64,000 nt of DNA from a virus. Its lineage: Duplodnaviria; Caudoviricetes. Below, one piece after another: positions 47,116 to 56,918 of the stretch. A program made the position numbers and the translations under genes. Every line of letters begins with the position of its first letter. Position 1 is the stretch's first letter. The notes under the pieces were generated by a model, which was given only the letters and a program-made list of their open reading frames with translations, did not search any database and had not been told where the DNA came from. The DNA is taken from IMG/VR virus record IMGVR_UViG_3300031963_000042, positions 39,209 through 103,208 of that record; one strand, written 5' to 3'.

Positions 47116-47820
47116 ATGAAATTTGGAGCATTAAAATCTAAAATAGAGGAAAAGTTAAATAACTCATATATCAATGAAACTTTTAATAAGGAAATCAAAG
47201 TCTTTAATCATTTAGTTTTGGAGAAAAAAAATGTGGCTAAAGCGTATTATTTATACGACGAGTTGTCTAAGCCAAAAGGATTTGATACTGATTATGCTAA
47301 GGATTATTTGAATGAGTGTATAGAACAGTATGAAAATATTTTCATATCTGAAAGTACTCTAAAAAAAATAGAGAACTGGGTAAAAGATATTAAAGTAAAA
47401 AATAAGTACAATCATATTGATAATGTCTTCAACAAAGATTCAATTTTAATTGAGAGTATTATAGACAGTAAAAAATTAATACTTGAAACCTTGGTATCAA
47501 CTAAAGTTGAGATTAAAAAGTCCGCGTTACCTCATGAATATGTTGTAACAGCAGCTAAAGAATCTTTATCAAAATATCTAGACACATTAAACGAGTCACA
47601 GTTATTAGAGATTAAAAAGTATAAGTCACTTTCAGAGTCAGATTTAAAATCTAGATATGATGTTCTAAGCGAGATGGCTATAGAGAAACTTAATTTGCTA
47701 TATGAAAACAATGATTCTGAAACTAAAGATAAGATCTCTAGCACAATAGAAAGAATTAAGAATGATGAACCAAATGCAATAACTCTATATAAGTTAAAGC
47801 AACTTACTGAGAGTCTTTAA
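47116..47820 (+). CDS. Hypothetical head-module protein
   Basis: ORF track, multiple LNE sites. Confidence 0.7.
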   Translation: MKFGALKSKIEEKLNNSYINETFNKEIKVFNHLVLEKKNVAKAYYLYDELSKPKGFDTDYAKDYLNECIEQYENIFISESTLKKIENWVKDIKVKNKYNHIDNVFNKDSILIESIIDSKKLILETLVSTKVEIKKSALPHEYVVTAAKESLSKYLDTLNESQLLEIKKYKSLSESDLKSRYDVLSEMAIEKLNLLYENNDSETKDKISSTIERIKNDEPNAITLYKLKQLTESL

Positions 47821-47992
47821 ATTTTTGTTTGTATTTTGCATTTAAAAGATCATTTCGTCTTTTAACCGATTTTTTTACGTATTCTTGCCTTTCTTTAAGT
47901 TTTTCGTTCTGTTTTGAACGAATTACTTTACCTTTTAATATTTTTAAGGCCTTGTCTATGTTTTGGTTTTCAGATATTTTAATTATGAACAT
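47804..47992 (-). CDS. rpsU: Ribosomal protein bS21
   Basis: MFIIKISENQNIDKALKILKGKV...LKERQEYVKKSVKRR...AKYKQ. Confidence 0.88.
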   Translation of the reverse strand: MFIIKISENQNIDKALKILKGKVIRSKQNEKLKERQEYVKKSVKRRNDLLNAKYKQKFKDSQ

Positions 47993-48063
47993 ATTCAATA
48001 TATATTATTATGTTTTATTTTTTTGACAAATGTGTATTTTTTTTTTACATTTTTTAAAAAAGA

Positions 48064-48498
48064 ATGAAGAAAGGTAAAAATATTAAAATAAACGGTTATG
48101 ATAGGTTTAAGATTAATTATGGTACCGTTGATTGTAAAGATTTTAAATCAGTATTTCTTAATATACAGACATGGGCTGAGCCGATAGATCACATTGAAAA
48201 TCCGACAAAAGCAGTAATGTCTTTGACAAAATCAATAAAATATACAATATTCGATAATATTTGTGACGAAACCTTTGAGAATAGATTTATCGTGGATTTA
48301 GACCTCCGATCTAGTGGAATACAATATGGTAAAAAATCGTTTCTAAATTTAGAATGTGTTTTTTTCATTAAGAATGAACAAATAGCTTTTAAATCGAATG
48401 AAATAAAATCAACGATTAAATCAATTGTTGATTCGATTTTATCAAATAATTTCATAAAAAATAAACAATTTAATTTTTACAACAGGAAAATTGAATAG
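48064..48498 (+). CDS. Hypothetical protein
   Basis: ORF track. Confidence 0.7.
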   Translation: MKKGKNIKINGYDRFKINYGTVDCKDFKSVFLNIQTWAEPIDHIENPTKAVMSLTKSIKYTIFDNICDETFENRFIVDLDLRSSGIQYGKKSFLNLECVFFIKNEQIAFKSNEIKSTIKSIVDSILSNNFIKNKQFNFYNRKIE

Positions 48499-48533
48499 AC
48501 AAACATATTTATATCTATAAATTAGATGTAAAT

Positions 48534-49265
48534 ATGAAAATATTAGGACCGAATGATTTAGGCACTGGTATACTAATAGAATATGACGCAGGGTATGTTT
48601 CACCAACAGAAAGATATAACACCCCATTAATAAGAGAAGGTAAAGATCTTTTAGATTATTCAAAACCTTTTGAATTATATGCGGTATTACAAAAAAGTGA
48701 TACACCGAATAGAAATGGTAGGGTATACCCAGATAAATTATTAAAGCGTGAAATAGATAATTACAAAAAAGCCATTTCTAAGAATACGGCATTATCAGAG
48801 TTAAATCATCCAGAATCATCTCTAGTTGATTTAGATAGAGTTTCACACATGATAACAGATATTTGGTGGGAAGGTCCAAATGTTGTTATGGGCAAACTTC
48901 GACTACTAACAACACCAGGATTTCACGAAAGAGGTATTGTTTCAAGTAAAGCCGATTTAGCTGCAAATTATTTAAGACACGGGGTTACGTTAGGTATCTC
49001 TTCAAGAGGTGTTGGATCGTTAGTTAAAAAAGGTGAACAAAATCATGTACAAGATGATTTCGAATTAATATGCTTTGACTTAGTTTGGTCCCCATCTACG
49101 CCAGGTGCTTACTTATTCCACAATAAAGATGATAGAATGAAATATGAGGAAAACTTGGAAGAAGAAAATAGCATGAGACAAACCAGGTTCAGTGCATCAC
49201 AATCAAGCTCCGGAAATAAATCGCTTGACTTAATGAAAAAATTAGAAGATTATTTATCAAAATAA
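48534..49265 (+). CDS. Prohead core protease (T4 gp21-like)
   Basis: NRNGRVY, ELNHP, VSH, LGISSRGVGS, FDLVWSPS. Confidence 0.95.
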   Translation: MKILGPNDLGTGILIEYDAGYVSPTERYNTPLIREGKDLLDYSKPFELYAVLQKSDTPNRNGRVYPDKLLKREIDNYKKAISKNTALSELNHPESSLVDLDRVSHMITDIWWEGPNVVMGKLRLLTTPGFHERGIVSSKADLAANYLRHGVTLGISSRGVGSLVKKGEQNHVQDDFELICFDLVWSPSTPGAYLFHNKDDRMKYEENLEEENSMRQTRFSASQSSSGNKSLDLMKKLEDYLSK

Positions 49266-49273
49266 AATACACT

Positions 49274-49483
49274 ATGGACGAAAAATATTTCATCGTAAAA
49301 GTACAACTTGACATCGTTGACGAGAATTCAGGGAAAATTAAAAAAATTAAAGAAGAAAAGCTTGTTAAGGGCTTTTCTGTAACAGATGTTGAGGCAAAAG
49401 TTACAGAAAACTTTAAAGATTTCCCTCAAGATTGGAGAATAACTTCTGTTTCAGAATCTAAAATTGATACGGTTATTAACTAA
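49274..49483 (+). CDS. Small DUF4494-like protein
   Basis: YFIVKV...GKIKKIKE..LV...SVTDVEAKV...ITSVSESKI. Confidence 0.6.
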   Translation: MDEKYFIVKVQLDIVDENSGKIKKIKEEKLVKGFSVTDVEAKVTENFKDFPQDWRITSVSESKIDTVIN

Positions 49484-49662
49484 TATAATCTCAAATACAG
49501 TATGATCTAAATGGCCAGAATTATTTTCTGGCCATTTTTTTTATTTTTTTTTGAAAGGTGACTTACTAAAGTCGCCTTTTTTTATTTTTCATAATATTTA
49601 TATTGTTGTATACTATTTGCAACAATATAAAAAATAATGTTTGTTTAAAAACATAAATGTAA

Positions 49663-51702
49663 ATGGCACAAAAAGAAAACATTGTAGAAGAAGCACTAGT
49701 CCAAATAAAAGGTTTGGAAGATATAGTGACAGAAAACGCAAAAGGAATACTTTCCGCCACAATGGGGAATGAAATCAGCAGTTTAGTAAAAGAGTCATTA
49801 AAGACTAATACCAAAAAAGCTCGTAGGATTAACGAGGAGGATGAAGATGATCTTGCAAAAGATATTGAAGATGATGAAGATCTTGAAGCACTTGATGCTG
49901 AAATGAATCTTGATGATCTTGAAGATGATGAAATGGATCTTGATGATCTTGAAGATGATGAAATGGATCTTGATGATCTTGAAGATGATGAAATGGATCT
50001 TGATGATCTTGAAGATAACGAAATGGGAACATTTAGTGCAGATGACTTTGAAGATGACATGAGTACTGATATTCGTGTCGACGGTATAACTGGTGATGAT
50101 GATACTGAAATCGACCTAACTCACGCTAGTACTGATGAAATTTTAAAAGTATTTAAAGCAATGAAAGAAACCGATGGCATTATCGTAAAAAAAACAGGTA
50201 ATACCATAGACTTATCAGATTCAGAATCTGATGTCGAATATAAAATAGCCTTAGGAGAATCTATGAAACGTAGAAATTTATTTGAGAATATGTACGAAGA
50301 CGAAGATATTGATATGATGTCAGGATCTAGAGCTTCTGATAATGATTATGATGAGATGCCAGGTTTTGGTGATTCTGATTATGATGAATTTGATGATCGT
50401 CCTTCGGGTAGTAGAGTTGATTTGGATCCAATGGACCAAGAAATAATTGACAATAACTTATTTAGTGAATTAGCTCCAGAAGAAATTAAAGCACACATTG
50501 ATCGTGTAATTGCTGCTGGTCGTCGTAGTGGTATTGACTTTGATGATGAAGGAGAAGAAGAATTTGACATACCATTAGACACCTATGGAAACGATGAAGA
50601 CGATGAAGACGATGATGAATTTGATATGTCATTAGGGTCCGCGTCATCCGATGAAGATGATATGATGGGTTCTGGACGTTTTCGTGGTGAATATTCCGAG
50701 GGATATGATGAAGAAGAAGATGATGACACTTTAAATGAAGAAATTCTTTATGAACTTGAATTAGGAACAGATATGTTCCCGGATACCTTTGACCGTGAAT
50801 CAAACTACGAAAAATTTGGTATCGATGGTGAAAATGTGTCTGATATGGAAAAGTATGATACAGATGATGATGATGATTATATGTCTATACCTGATCTTGA
50901 GGATGATAATGAAGAAGCTGACTTTGAGGAATATGAAAGAAATGGCCTTGATTTTGAAGAAGATATCTATGATGATAGATATGGAGGGGAAGAAGTTTCT
51001 GATTATGATGACATAAAGGAAGCATTTAAACCAAAAGGTATGGGCATGGGTAAACCAAGTAAATTTTCTTATAAAAAACAATCTGGTGGTTTTAAAACAA
51101 AAATGAAACGTGGTACTAGAGGTGTTGGTATGGGTAAGCCTAAATTTGAATTCAAAGAAGAAAATACTGATTTTAAAATGCGACCAAAAAAATCCGAAAC
51201 TACTGAAGCTTCAAGAACTCTTGGTGCTGGAAAATTTTTCGGTAAAAAAGGATTACCAAAACCAAAAGCAGCTCCTAGACATTTAAGAACAGAAAGTGTT
51301 GAAAATGAGCTTATTCTTTTAAGAGAAAAGAATGAAGAGTATAGGAACGCTTTAAATATGTTTAGAGAAAAGTTAAATGAAGTCGCTGTATTCAATTCTA
51401 ATTTAGCGTATGCGACAAGATTGTTTACTGAACATTCAACAACTAAACAGGAAAAAATAAATATCTTAAGAAGATTTGATGGTGTTGAATCACTAAAAGA
51501 GTCTAAGAATTTATACAAATCAATAAAAAACGAACTTTCAAATAAAAATTCAGGCGGAGTTGTTACTGAATCAATTCAAAATAAAATAGATAAAACTCAA
51601 TATTCTGGGTCTGCATCTAATTTGATTGAATCAAAAACATACGAAAATCCTCAGTTTTTAAGAATGAAAGATCTAATGACTAAAGTTAATAACGTCATAT
51701 AA
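49663..51702 (+). CDS. Prohead core scaffold protein (gp22-like), highly acidic
   Basis: Between protease and MCP; C-terminal coiled coil LNEVAVFNSNLAY. Confidence 0.8.
   Translation: MAQKENIVEEALVQIKGLEDIVTENAKGILSATMGNEISSLVKESLKTNTKKARRINEEDEDDLAKDIEDDEDLEALDAEMNLDDLEDDEMDLDDLEDDEMDLDDLEDDEMDLDDLEDNEMGTFSADDFEDDMSTDIRVDGITGDDDTEIDLTHASTDEILKVFKAMKETDGIIVKKTGNTIDLSDSESDVEYKIALGESMKRRNLFENMYEDEDIDMMSGSRASDNDYDEMPGFGDSDYDEFDDRPSGSRVDLDPMDQEIIDNNLFSELAPEEIKAHIDRVIAAGRRSGIDFDDEGEEEFDIPLDTYGNDEDDEDDDEFDMSLGSASSDEDDMMGSGRFRGEYSEGYDEEEDDDTLNEEILYELELGTDMFPDTFDRESNYEKFGIDGENVSDMEKYDTDDDDDYMSIPDLEDDNEEADFEEYERNGLDFEEDIYDDRYGGEEVSDYDDIKEAFKPKGMGMGKPSKFSYKKQSGGFKTKMKRGTRGVGMGKPKFEFKEENTDFKMRPKKSETTEASRTLGAGKFFGKKGLPKPKAAPRHLRTESVENELILLREKNEEYRNALNMFREKLNEVAVFNSNLAYATRLFTEHSTTKQEKINILRRFDGVESLKESKNLYKSIKNELSNKNSGGVVTESIQNKIDKTQYSGSASNLIESKTYENPQFLRMKDLMTKVNNVI
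49907..50026 (+). repeat. 30-bp tandem repeat x4 (DLDDLEDDEM)
   Basis: atcttgatgatcttgaagatgatgaaatgg. Confidence 0.95.
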
Positions 51703-51739
51703 TTTAAAAAATAAACTAAACCTAAAAAAAAAATAAAAC

Positions 51740-53593
51740 ATGGGTGCATTATTAGAAAGCGGTCTTGTTGGTAACATAGGATTAAAACATTTAAAAGTTA
51801 TCAAAGAGGACACAATTAACAAATGGGATCGTCTAGGGTTCTTAGAAGGTCTTAGAGGTCACATGAAAGAAAACGTTGCTCAATTATATGAAAACCAAGC
51901 GTCTTTCTTGATAAACGAAGCGTCATCTACAGATTCTTCAGGTTCTTTTGAAACTGTTGTTTTCCCGATAGTTAGAAGAGTTTTCTCTAAATTATTAGCA
52001 AACGACATTGTTTCGGTTCAAGCTATGAATCTACCTATCGGTAAGTTATTCTACTTTGTGCCGAGAATTCAAGGTTATTCTGGAGCAACCGTTGATGGTA
52101 ATATTCCTGGTGGATTCTCCGATTCTGGTTCGCACTATGCTCCAGTTGGATCTCCTGGTAACTACCCAGGTTCACCTGGTGCTGGATATCCTAACGATGC
52201 AAATGCTTACACTAAAAACTTATATGATTTATTCTATGAGGGTGCTGAGCCAGCATTAAATCCTGCTGGATTATTTGATTACTCAAAAGGTCGTTTCTTA
52301 TTTGTAACAGCTAACACACAAACTGTTGCGTGGAATAATGGTGCTTTAATTACATCTGCATACACTAATGGTGAATTCAGAAAGATATTATTAGGTATGT
52401 CTGGTTTCACGTCAACAGGTGACGGTAAGTTGATTGGCCCTGATGGTCAAGAAATGGATACAGAATCATTCTTATCGGACTTAAAACTTTATACTACAAA
52501 TTCAACTGTAGCAACGGAATTAGGAACATCAACATATGCTCCATTATTATTCAGAGTCGTTACTCAGAAATATGGTAAGGGTATGGTTGAGTATGGCTCA
52601 AACACAACAGCAGCATTTAATAGGTCAACAACAGGTGGTAATGGTGGTACATTCTATGACATTTGCAGTGCAACTGGCGTAATTTACTTAGAAATTGATA
52701 CACAAGTCCCTGTTTGCGTTTCATGCGGTCAATCAACACCTGATGGTTATTCTGGTGCAACAATAACAACAAATGCTTGGAGTGGAACAGGTGCTAATGC
52801 TCCTATCAAAGCTGTTTGGAAGCGTTACGAAGAATTAGAATTTGAAGATAAAATTGGTGAAGTTTCTTTTGATCTTGAGTCAGTAACTGTATCTGTTACA
52901 GAAAGAAAACTAAGAGCACAATGGTCTCCAGAATTAGCTCAAGACGTAGCCGCATTCCACAATATTGATGCTGAGGCTGAGTTAACAGCATTGTTATCTG
53001 AGCAAATCGCAGCAGAGATTGACCGTGAAATCTTACGTGACTTACGTAAAGGTGCTGCATGGACATTACGTTGGGATTACAATGGATGGAGAAGACTTGC
53101 AAATACAACATCTTATACGCAAAAAGATTGGAACCAAACGTTGATTACTGCTATAAACCAAATTTCTGCCCAAATCCACAAATCTACATTGAGAGGTGGT
53201 GCTAACTGGATTGTTGTTTCATCTGAAATTTCAGCAATTTTTGATGACTTAGAATACTTCCACGTATCAAATGCATCTCCAGATCAGGATCAGTACAACA
53301 TGGGTATTGAAAGAGTTGGTTCATTAGCTGGTCGTTACCAAGTTTATCGTGACCCTTACTTCCCACCTAATACAGTATTAATGGGACACAAAGGTACATC
53401 ATTGTTAGATACTGGTTACATCTACGCACCATATGTTCCATTACAATTAACACCAACAATGTATAATCCATTTAACTTTACGCCAATCAAAGGTATCATG
53501 ACTAGATACGCTAAGAAAATGGTTAACAATAGGTTCTATGGTAGAATTGTTGTTGATGGTGTTAGAACATTTGACTTACAAGAATTAAGATAA
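51740..53593 (+). CDS. Major capsid protein (T4 gp23-like)
   Basis: PIVRRVF...IVSVQAM, RKLRAQWSPELAQD..AFH.IDAEAEL, GYIYAPYVPL, KGIMTRYA. Confidence 0.97.
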   Translation: MGALLESGLVGNIGLKHLKVIKEDTINKWDRLGFLEGLRGHMKENVAQLYENQASFLINEASSTDSSGSFETVVFPIVRRVFSKLLANDIVSVQAMNLPIGKLFYFVPRIQGYSGATVDGNIPGGFSDSGSHYAPVGSPGNYPGSPGAGYPNDANAYTKNLYDLFYEGAEPALNPAGLFDYSKGRFLFVTANTQTVAWNNGALITSAYTNGEFRKILLGMSGFTSTGDGKLIGPDGQEMDTESFLSDLKLYTTNSTVATELGTSTYAPLLFRVVTQKYGKGMVEYGSNTTAAFNRSTTGGNGGTFYDICSATGVIYLEIDTQVPVCVSCGQSTPDGYSGATITTNAWSGTGANAPIKAVWKRYEELEFEDKIGEVSFDLESVTVSVTERKLRAQWSPELAQDVAAFHNIDAEAELTALLSEQIAAEIDREILRDLRKGAAWTLRWDYNGWRRLANTTSYTQKDWNQTLITAINQISAQIHKSTLRGGANWIVVSSEISAIFDDLEYFHVSNASPDQDQYNMGIERVGSLAGRYQVYRDPYFPPNTVLMGHKGTSLLDTGYIYAPYVPLQLTPTMYNPFNFTPIKGIMTRYAKKMVNNRFYGRIVVDGVRTFDLQELR

Positions 53594-53614
53594 TCCAAAT
53601 AAGAATATTATTTC

Positions 53615-53650
53615 AAATAAAGGGAGCGATTAGTCGCTCCCTTTCTTATT
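53615..53650. terminator. Bidirectional terminator after the capsid gene
   Basis: AAAGGGAGCGA-TTAG-TCGCTCCCTTT. Confidence 0.85.
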
Positions 53651-54016
53651 TAATAACGAGTCAAAAACCAGCTCTGCTGTACTAGAATTTGTCGCTAGAG
53701 GAACGTCATGAACGTTACAGATTCTTAATAGCATGTTAACGTCAACTTGGTGCGGATGGACATCCAATGGGTCAACAAAAAAGATTACACAATCAATTTC
53801 TTTATTAGCAATTTTAGCAGCAATTTGAGCATCACCACCAATTGGGCCGCTTAAAACAGTTTTAACGTTATTTAGTCCTGCATTTTTTAAATATTTACCA
53901 GTTGTACCTGTTGCAAATATTTGTATATCATTACTAGAAAAGTAGCTTAATCTTTTAAGGATAAAAGATACCATATCAGGTTTTTTATTATCGTGTGATA
54001 TTAGGGCTATATTCAT
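53630..54016 (-). CDS. mgsA: Methylglyoxal synthase
   Basis: IALISHDNKK, ATGTTG, SGPIGGDAQI, DPLDVHPHQVDV, PLATN. Confidence 0.95.
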   Translation of the reverse strand: MNIALISHDNKKPDMVSFILKRLSYFSSNDIQIFATGTTGKYLKNAGLNNVKTVLSGPIGGDAQIAAKIANKEIDCVIFFVDPLDVHPHQVDVNMLLRICNVHDVPLATNSSTAELVFDSLLNKKGSD

Positions 54017-54019
54017 ATA

Positions 54020-54238
54020 TTATTTAGATATTAGTTCTCTGATTGATTTAGATACTATTTCAGCTTCAGCTAAAGAATATACATTATTTGTATATGCATA
54101 CTGTACGGCTTCGACTAAAAAAAATATAGCTTGGGTTTTGTTAAGGTCTGTTACAAAATTATTTAGTTCATCTAAATTATTATATTTAAATTTTCCAAAT
54201 AATGTACCTATATTCTGAGGTTCATTATGATTTTCCAT
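54020..54238 (-). CDS. Small hypothetical protein
   Basis: ORF track, operon with mgsA. Confidence 0.65.
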   Translation of the reverse strand: MENHNEPQNIGTLFGKFKYNNLDELNNFVTDLNKTQAIFFLVEAVQYAYTNNVYSLAEAEIVSKSIRELISK

Positions 54239-54252
54239 ATATTTATAATAAT

Positions 54253-54804
54253 ATGGAAAATAGAATTATTAGTCAAATAGAAGAAGCTACAAATTCACCT
54301 TTAGGTGGATCTTACACAAGTCCATTAAAAAATAAAATTAGAAAATGGAAAGATTATAGTCTAAAACCATTTTTAATTGATGTGTCTGATTCCACAGACC
54401 CAGAAGAATATGTTGATGATTTAGATGAAAAAGAAGTAGTTAAAGAAGATCTTGGAGTTTGGTTTGGCACAAAGAAAAAACCAAAAGGCAGTTCTCAACC
54501 TAAAGGGCCTTGGGTTAATATATGTAGGAAAGATAAAAATGGGAAACACCCCCCATGTGGTAGAAAAGAGGCTGACGATTCCGCATACCCCAAATGTAGA
54601 GCTGCCGGTGTTGCTGGCAAGATGACAGACTCTCAAAAAAAATCGGCTTGCCAACAAAAGAGACAAGCCGAAAAAACTCATAATAAAAGTGGTACGGGAA
54701 ACAAACCTAAAATGGTAAAATATGTACCTAAAAAGGATAAAAAATTAAACGAAATTATTAGTAGAGTTTTGGAAGAATATGTTAATAACGGTACTTCTTT
54801 CTAA
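54253..54804 (+). CDS. Protein with basic Cys-containing domain (PWVNIC...CGR...YPKCR)
   Basis: Start moved to ATG 54253 after TATTTATA; VVKE site precedes the domain. Confidence 0.65.
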   Translation: MENRIISQIEEATNSPLGGSYTSPLKNKIRKWKDYSLKPFLIDVSDSTDPEEYVDDLDEKEVVKEDLGVWFGTKKKPKGSSQPKGPWVNICRKDKNGKHPPCGRKEADDSAYPKCRAAGVAGKMTDSQKKSACQQKRQAEKTHNKSGTGNKPKMVKYVPKKDKKLNEIISRVLEEYVNNGTSF

Positions 54805-55309
54805 ATGCGGATGGTTTCATAATGTTTGAATTGTCCCATATACCTATTTTTATTCTTCTAGCTCTTAAATATGCTTTTTTGTACTTAGGATTAATGTCTT
54901 TGCGTCCATCAGGTACGTACCAACCATACCCATTTTTTAACATATATTCGGCGACATCTACACTATCTAAATAAACCGCAGCTACATGTCTATCATATAC
55001 GTCTCGATATAAAGTATCTACTGTTACTATTTTATTTTTTAAATAGTTTCTCATGTAATCGGCAACCATTCTACCATCAGCTTGATCTCTGGTTACATAA
55101 TTACTCCTAACTTCGGGGGCATCTACTAGATTAAGCCTGATCCAAATCTTAGTATTTGTTGTGTCGCCTATGTAAGCTATTTTATATGAGTCACCATCAT
55201 GAACAGCGTATACTTTAGCAAAAGGTAATTGTGTGTAACTAATTGTTGTAAAAAACAACATAACAAGTGTTAAAAAATTTTTTAATTTCTTCATTTCTTT
55301 TTTTTTCAT
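54782..55309 (-). CDS. Secreted thermonuclease (SNase family)
   Basis: Signal peptide; VHDGDS, IRL..VDAPE, DVYDR, GIW. Confidence 0.9.
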   Translation of the reverse strand: MKKKEMKKLKNFLTLVMLFFTTISYTQLPFAKVYAVHDGDSYKIAYIGDTTNTKIWIRLNLVDAPEVRSNYVTRDQADGRMVADYMRNYLKNKIVTVDTLYRDVYDRHVAAVYLDSVDVAEYMLKNGYGWYVPDGRKDINPKYKKAYLRARRIKIGIWDNSNIMKPSAFRKKYRY

Positions 55310-55356
55310 AAATATATACCTATTATTGATTAAATCAAATTTAAATAAAAAAAATT

Positions 55357-55785
55357 ATGACTAAAAATGTACAAAAAGGTGATGGTGTCCGATTTAGCTA
55401 TACGATGTGGGATTTAGATGGTAAACAAATTTGGGAAAGTGAATTCCCTATGTATTCTGAAATAGGATCAAACGAGTTATTACCAATAGTTGAGAACTCC
55501 TTAATCGGAATGCATATAGGTGAAAGCAAACGAATTGTGGTAAACCCTGAAGATGGTTTTGGTGCTAGGGATGAAAATTTAATTATCGATATTGATAAAT
55601 CATCAATTAATGGTGAAATAAATGTCGGAAATTACGTGACAACTAGGATTAAAAATCGTATAGTTACTGCGGAAGTTTTATCCATGACTGACGACAAAGT
55701 TAAATTAGATTTGAATAACCCTTTGGCTGGTAAAGGATTTATCTTTGAAGTTGTAATTGTTGATATTAAATTAATTGAAAGTTAA
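55357..55785 (+). CDS. FKBP-type peptidyl-prolyl isomerase, SlyD-like
   Basis: LIGM..GE...VNPEDGFG.RD, LDLNNPLAGK..FEV. Confidence 0.88.
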   Translation: MTKNVQKGDGVRFSYTMWDLDGKQIWESEFPMYSEIGSNELLPIVENSLIGMHIGESKRIVVNPEDGFGARDENLIIDIDKSSINGEINVGNYVTTRIKNRIVTAEVLSMTDDKVKLDLNNPLAGKGFIFEVVIVDIKLIES

Positions 55786-55797
55786 ACAACCATAATT

Positions 55798-56205
55798 ATG
55801 AAAAAAATTACCTTAATTCTCGCATTTATTTTTCACAGTGTAATGTCTTATTCTCAGATAGGAACATACACCTTTAACAACATTTATTATGTTGAGGCTG
55901 ATACCGCCTTTGTTGGTACTGAATTTAAAGTCAAAACTAACCTTTGTTTTTCTGAAGATAGATTTGATATTGTCTATAATAAAGACGGTAATAGTATAAA
56001 ATCGATACTCAGTGATGTCCCACTAATTTCGACAGGATGGACAGAAGAAACCTCTTTTGACGATTATGTTATTTATTCACAAAAAGCTCACAATAGGTCG
56101 ATTTATTATATTTGGTTTAATAAGACAACAAATACTGTTTTTAAAATGATTGCTCTAGATTTACTAGACGCGGCAATGTTCTTAGCTATTGATGAAAATA
56201 AATAA
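55798..56205 (+). CDS. Secreted hypothetical protein
   Basis: MKKITLILAFIFHSVMSYSQ, Bacteroidota-style signal peptide ending before Gln. Confidence 0.7.
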   Translation: MKKITLILAFIFHSVMSYSQIGTYTFNNIYYVEADTAFVGTEFKVKTNLCFSEDRFDIVYNKDGNSIKSILSDVPLISTGWTEETSFDDYVIYSQKAHNRSIYYIWFNKTTNTVFKMIALDLLDAAMFLAIDENK

Positions 56206-56429
56206 TGCCAAAATATGTCACTAAAATAAAAGCTATAAACCCAAAAGATGGTGTTTTATGTGAGTGGTTAGGCCCATACATCGAAGCAGATTCTTTTTAT
56301 GACGCCCAAATATATTGTGAAAATAATGGGTTAGGTTATTGTGAAATAATTGGCGAATATATTGCTGAGATAGACGAAAATTTGGGACCTTTTGCTTCCA
56401 GACTTTTAGATGATAGTATTTTAAACTAA
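56205..56429 (+). CDS. Small hypothetical protein
   Basis: ORF track. Confidence 0.6.
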   Translation: MPKYVTKIKAINPKDGVLCEWLGPYIEADSFYDAQIYCENNGLGYCEIIGEYIAEIDENLGPFASRLLDDSILN

Positions 56430-56462
56430 AAAAGCCCCCAGTTTATATTGGGGGCTTTTTAT

Positions 56463-56918
56463 TTAGCAATATGGGGGAGAGCATCTTTTTTTACCATCTA
56501 AACCAGGTTTAGATCCTTTACAAACTTGTACCGCATATCCGTTTGCATAGGCTGAAGGATACACCTTAAATTTCGATTTTGCGGCAGCTTTTCCTCTCGC
56601 GCAAAGCTTGGTACCACTTTTCTTTTTTCCTTCCTCTAAGGGCATATTATTGCGGTTCTTTAAGAAGTTATATACTTCTTCTACATCATCTTTTGATGTT
56701 GATATATGATCTACAGCCCAGGCATGTCCATCACTTAAAATTCTATCGACATTGTTTCTCGACATTTGTAATATCTCATCGGCCTGATCTCTTATTTGTT
56801 CTAAATTAGAAAAAAACATATAATTACCACTTTCTGAATTGTAGTCCTCTGAGGCTTTTTCTGTTAAAAATTCTTTTATTAAAGAATGTATCTCTATTTT
56901 ACTGTATGTGTTCCTCAT
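56463..56918 (-). CDS. Protein with C-terminal YPSAYANG domain
   Basis: AAKSKFKVYPSAYANGYAVQVC; LIKEFLTE leader. Confidence 0.7.
   Translation of the reverse strand: MRNTYSKIEIHSLIKEFLTEKASEDYNSESGNYMFFSNLEQIRDQADEILQMSRNNVDRILSDGHAWAVDHISTSKDDVEEVYNFLKNRNNMPLEEGKKKSGTKLCARGKAAAKSKFKVYPSAYANGYAVQVCKGSKPGLDGKKRCSPPYC

Noticed and set aside
49510-49540. Third copy of the sugar-cassette border
   Set aside because: Shares only the GCCAGAA/TTCTGGC core; flanks and loop differ, so treated as an ordinary terminator, though it slightly weakens the cassette-border argument
49907-50026. 30-bp tandem repeats as a CRISPR array
   Set aside because: No spacers; in-frame coding repeat in the scaffold gene; no cas genes. 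The same applies to 14731-14790.
43391-53593. Introns or inteins in terminase, portal or capsid genes
   Set aside because: ORFs are continuous with no intein C...HN boundaries or homing-nuclease insertions visible
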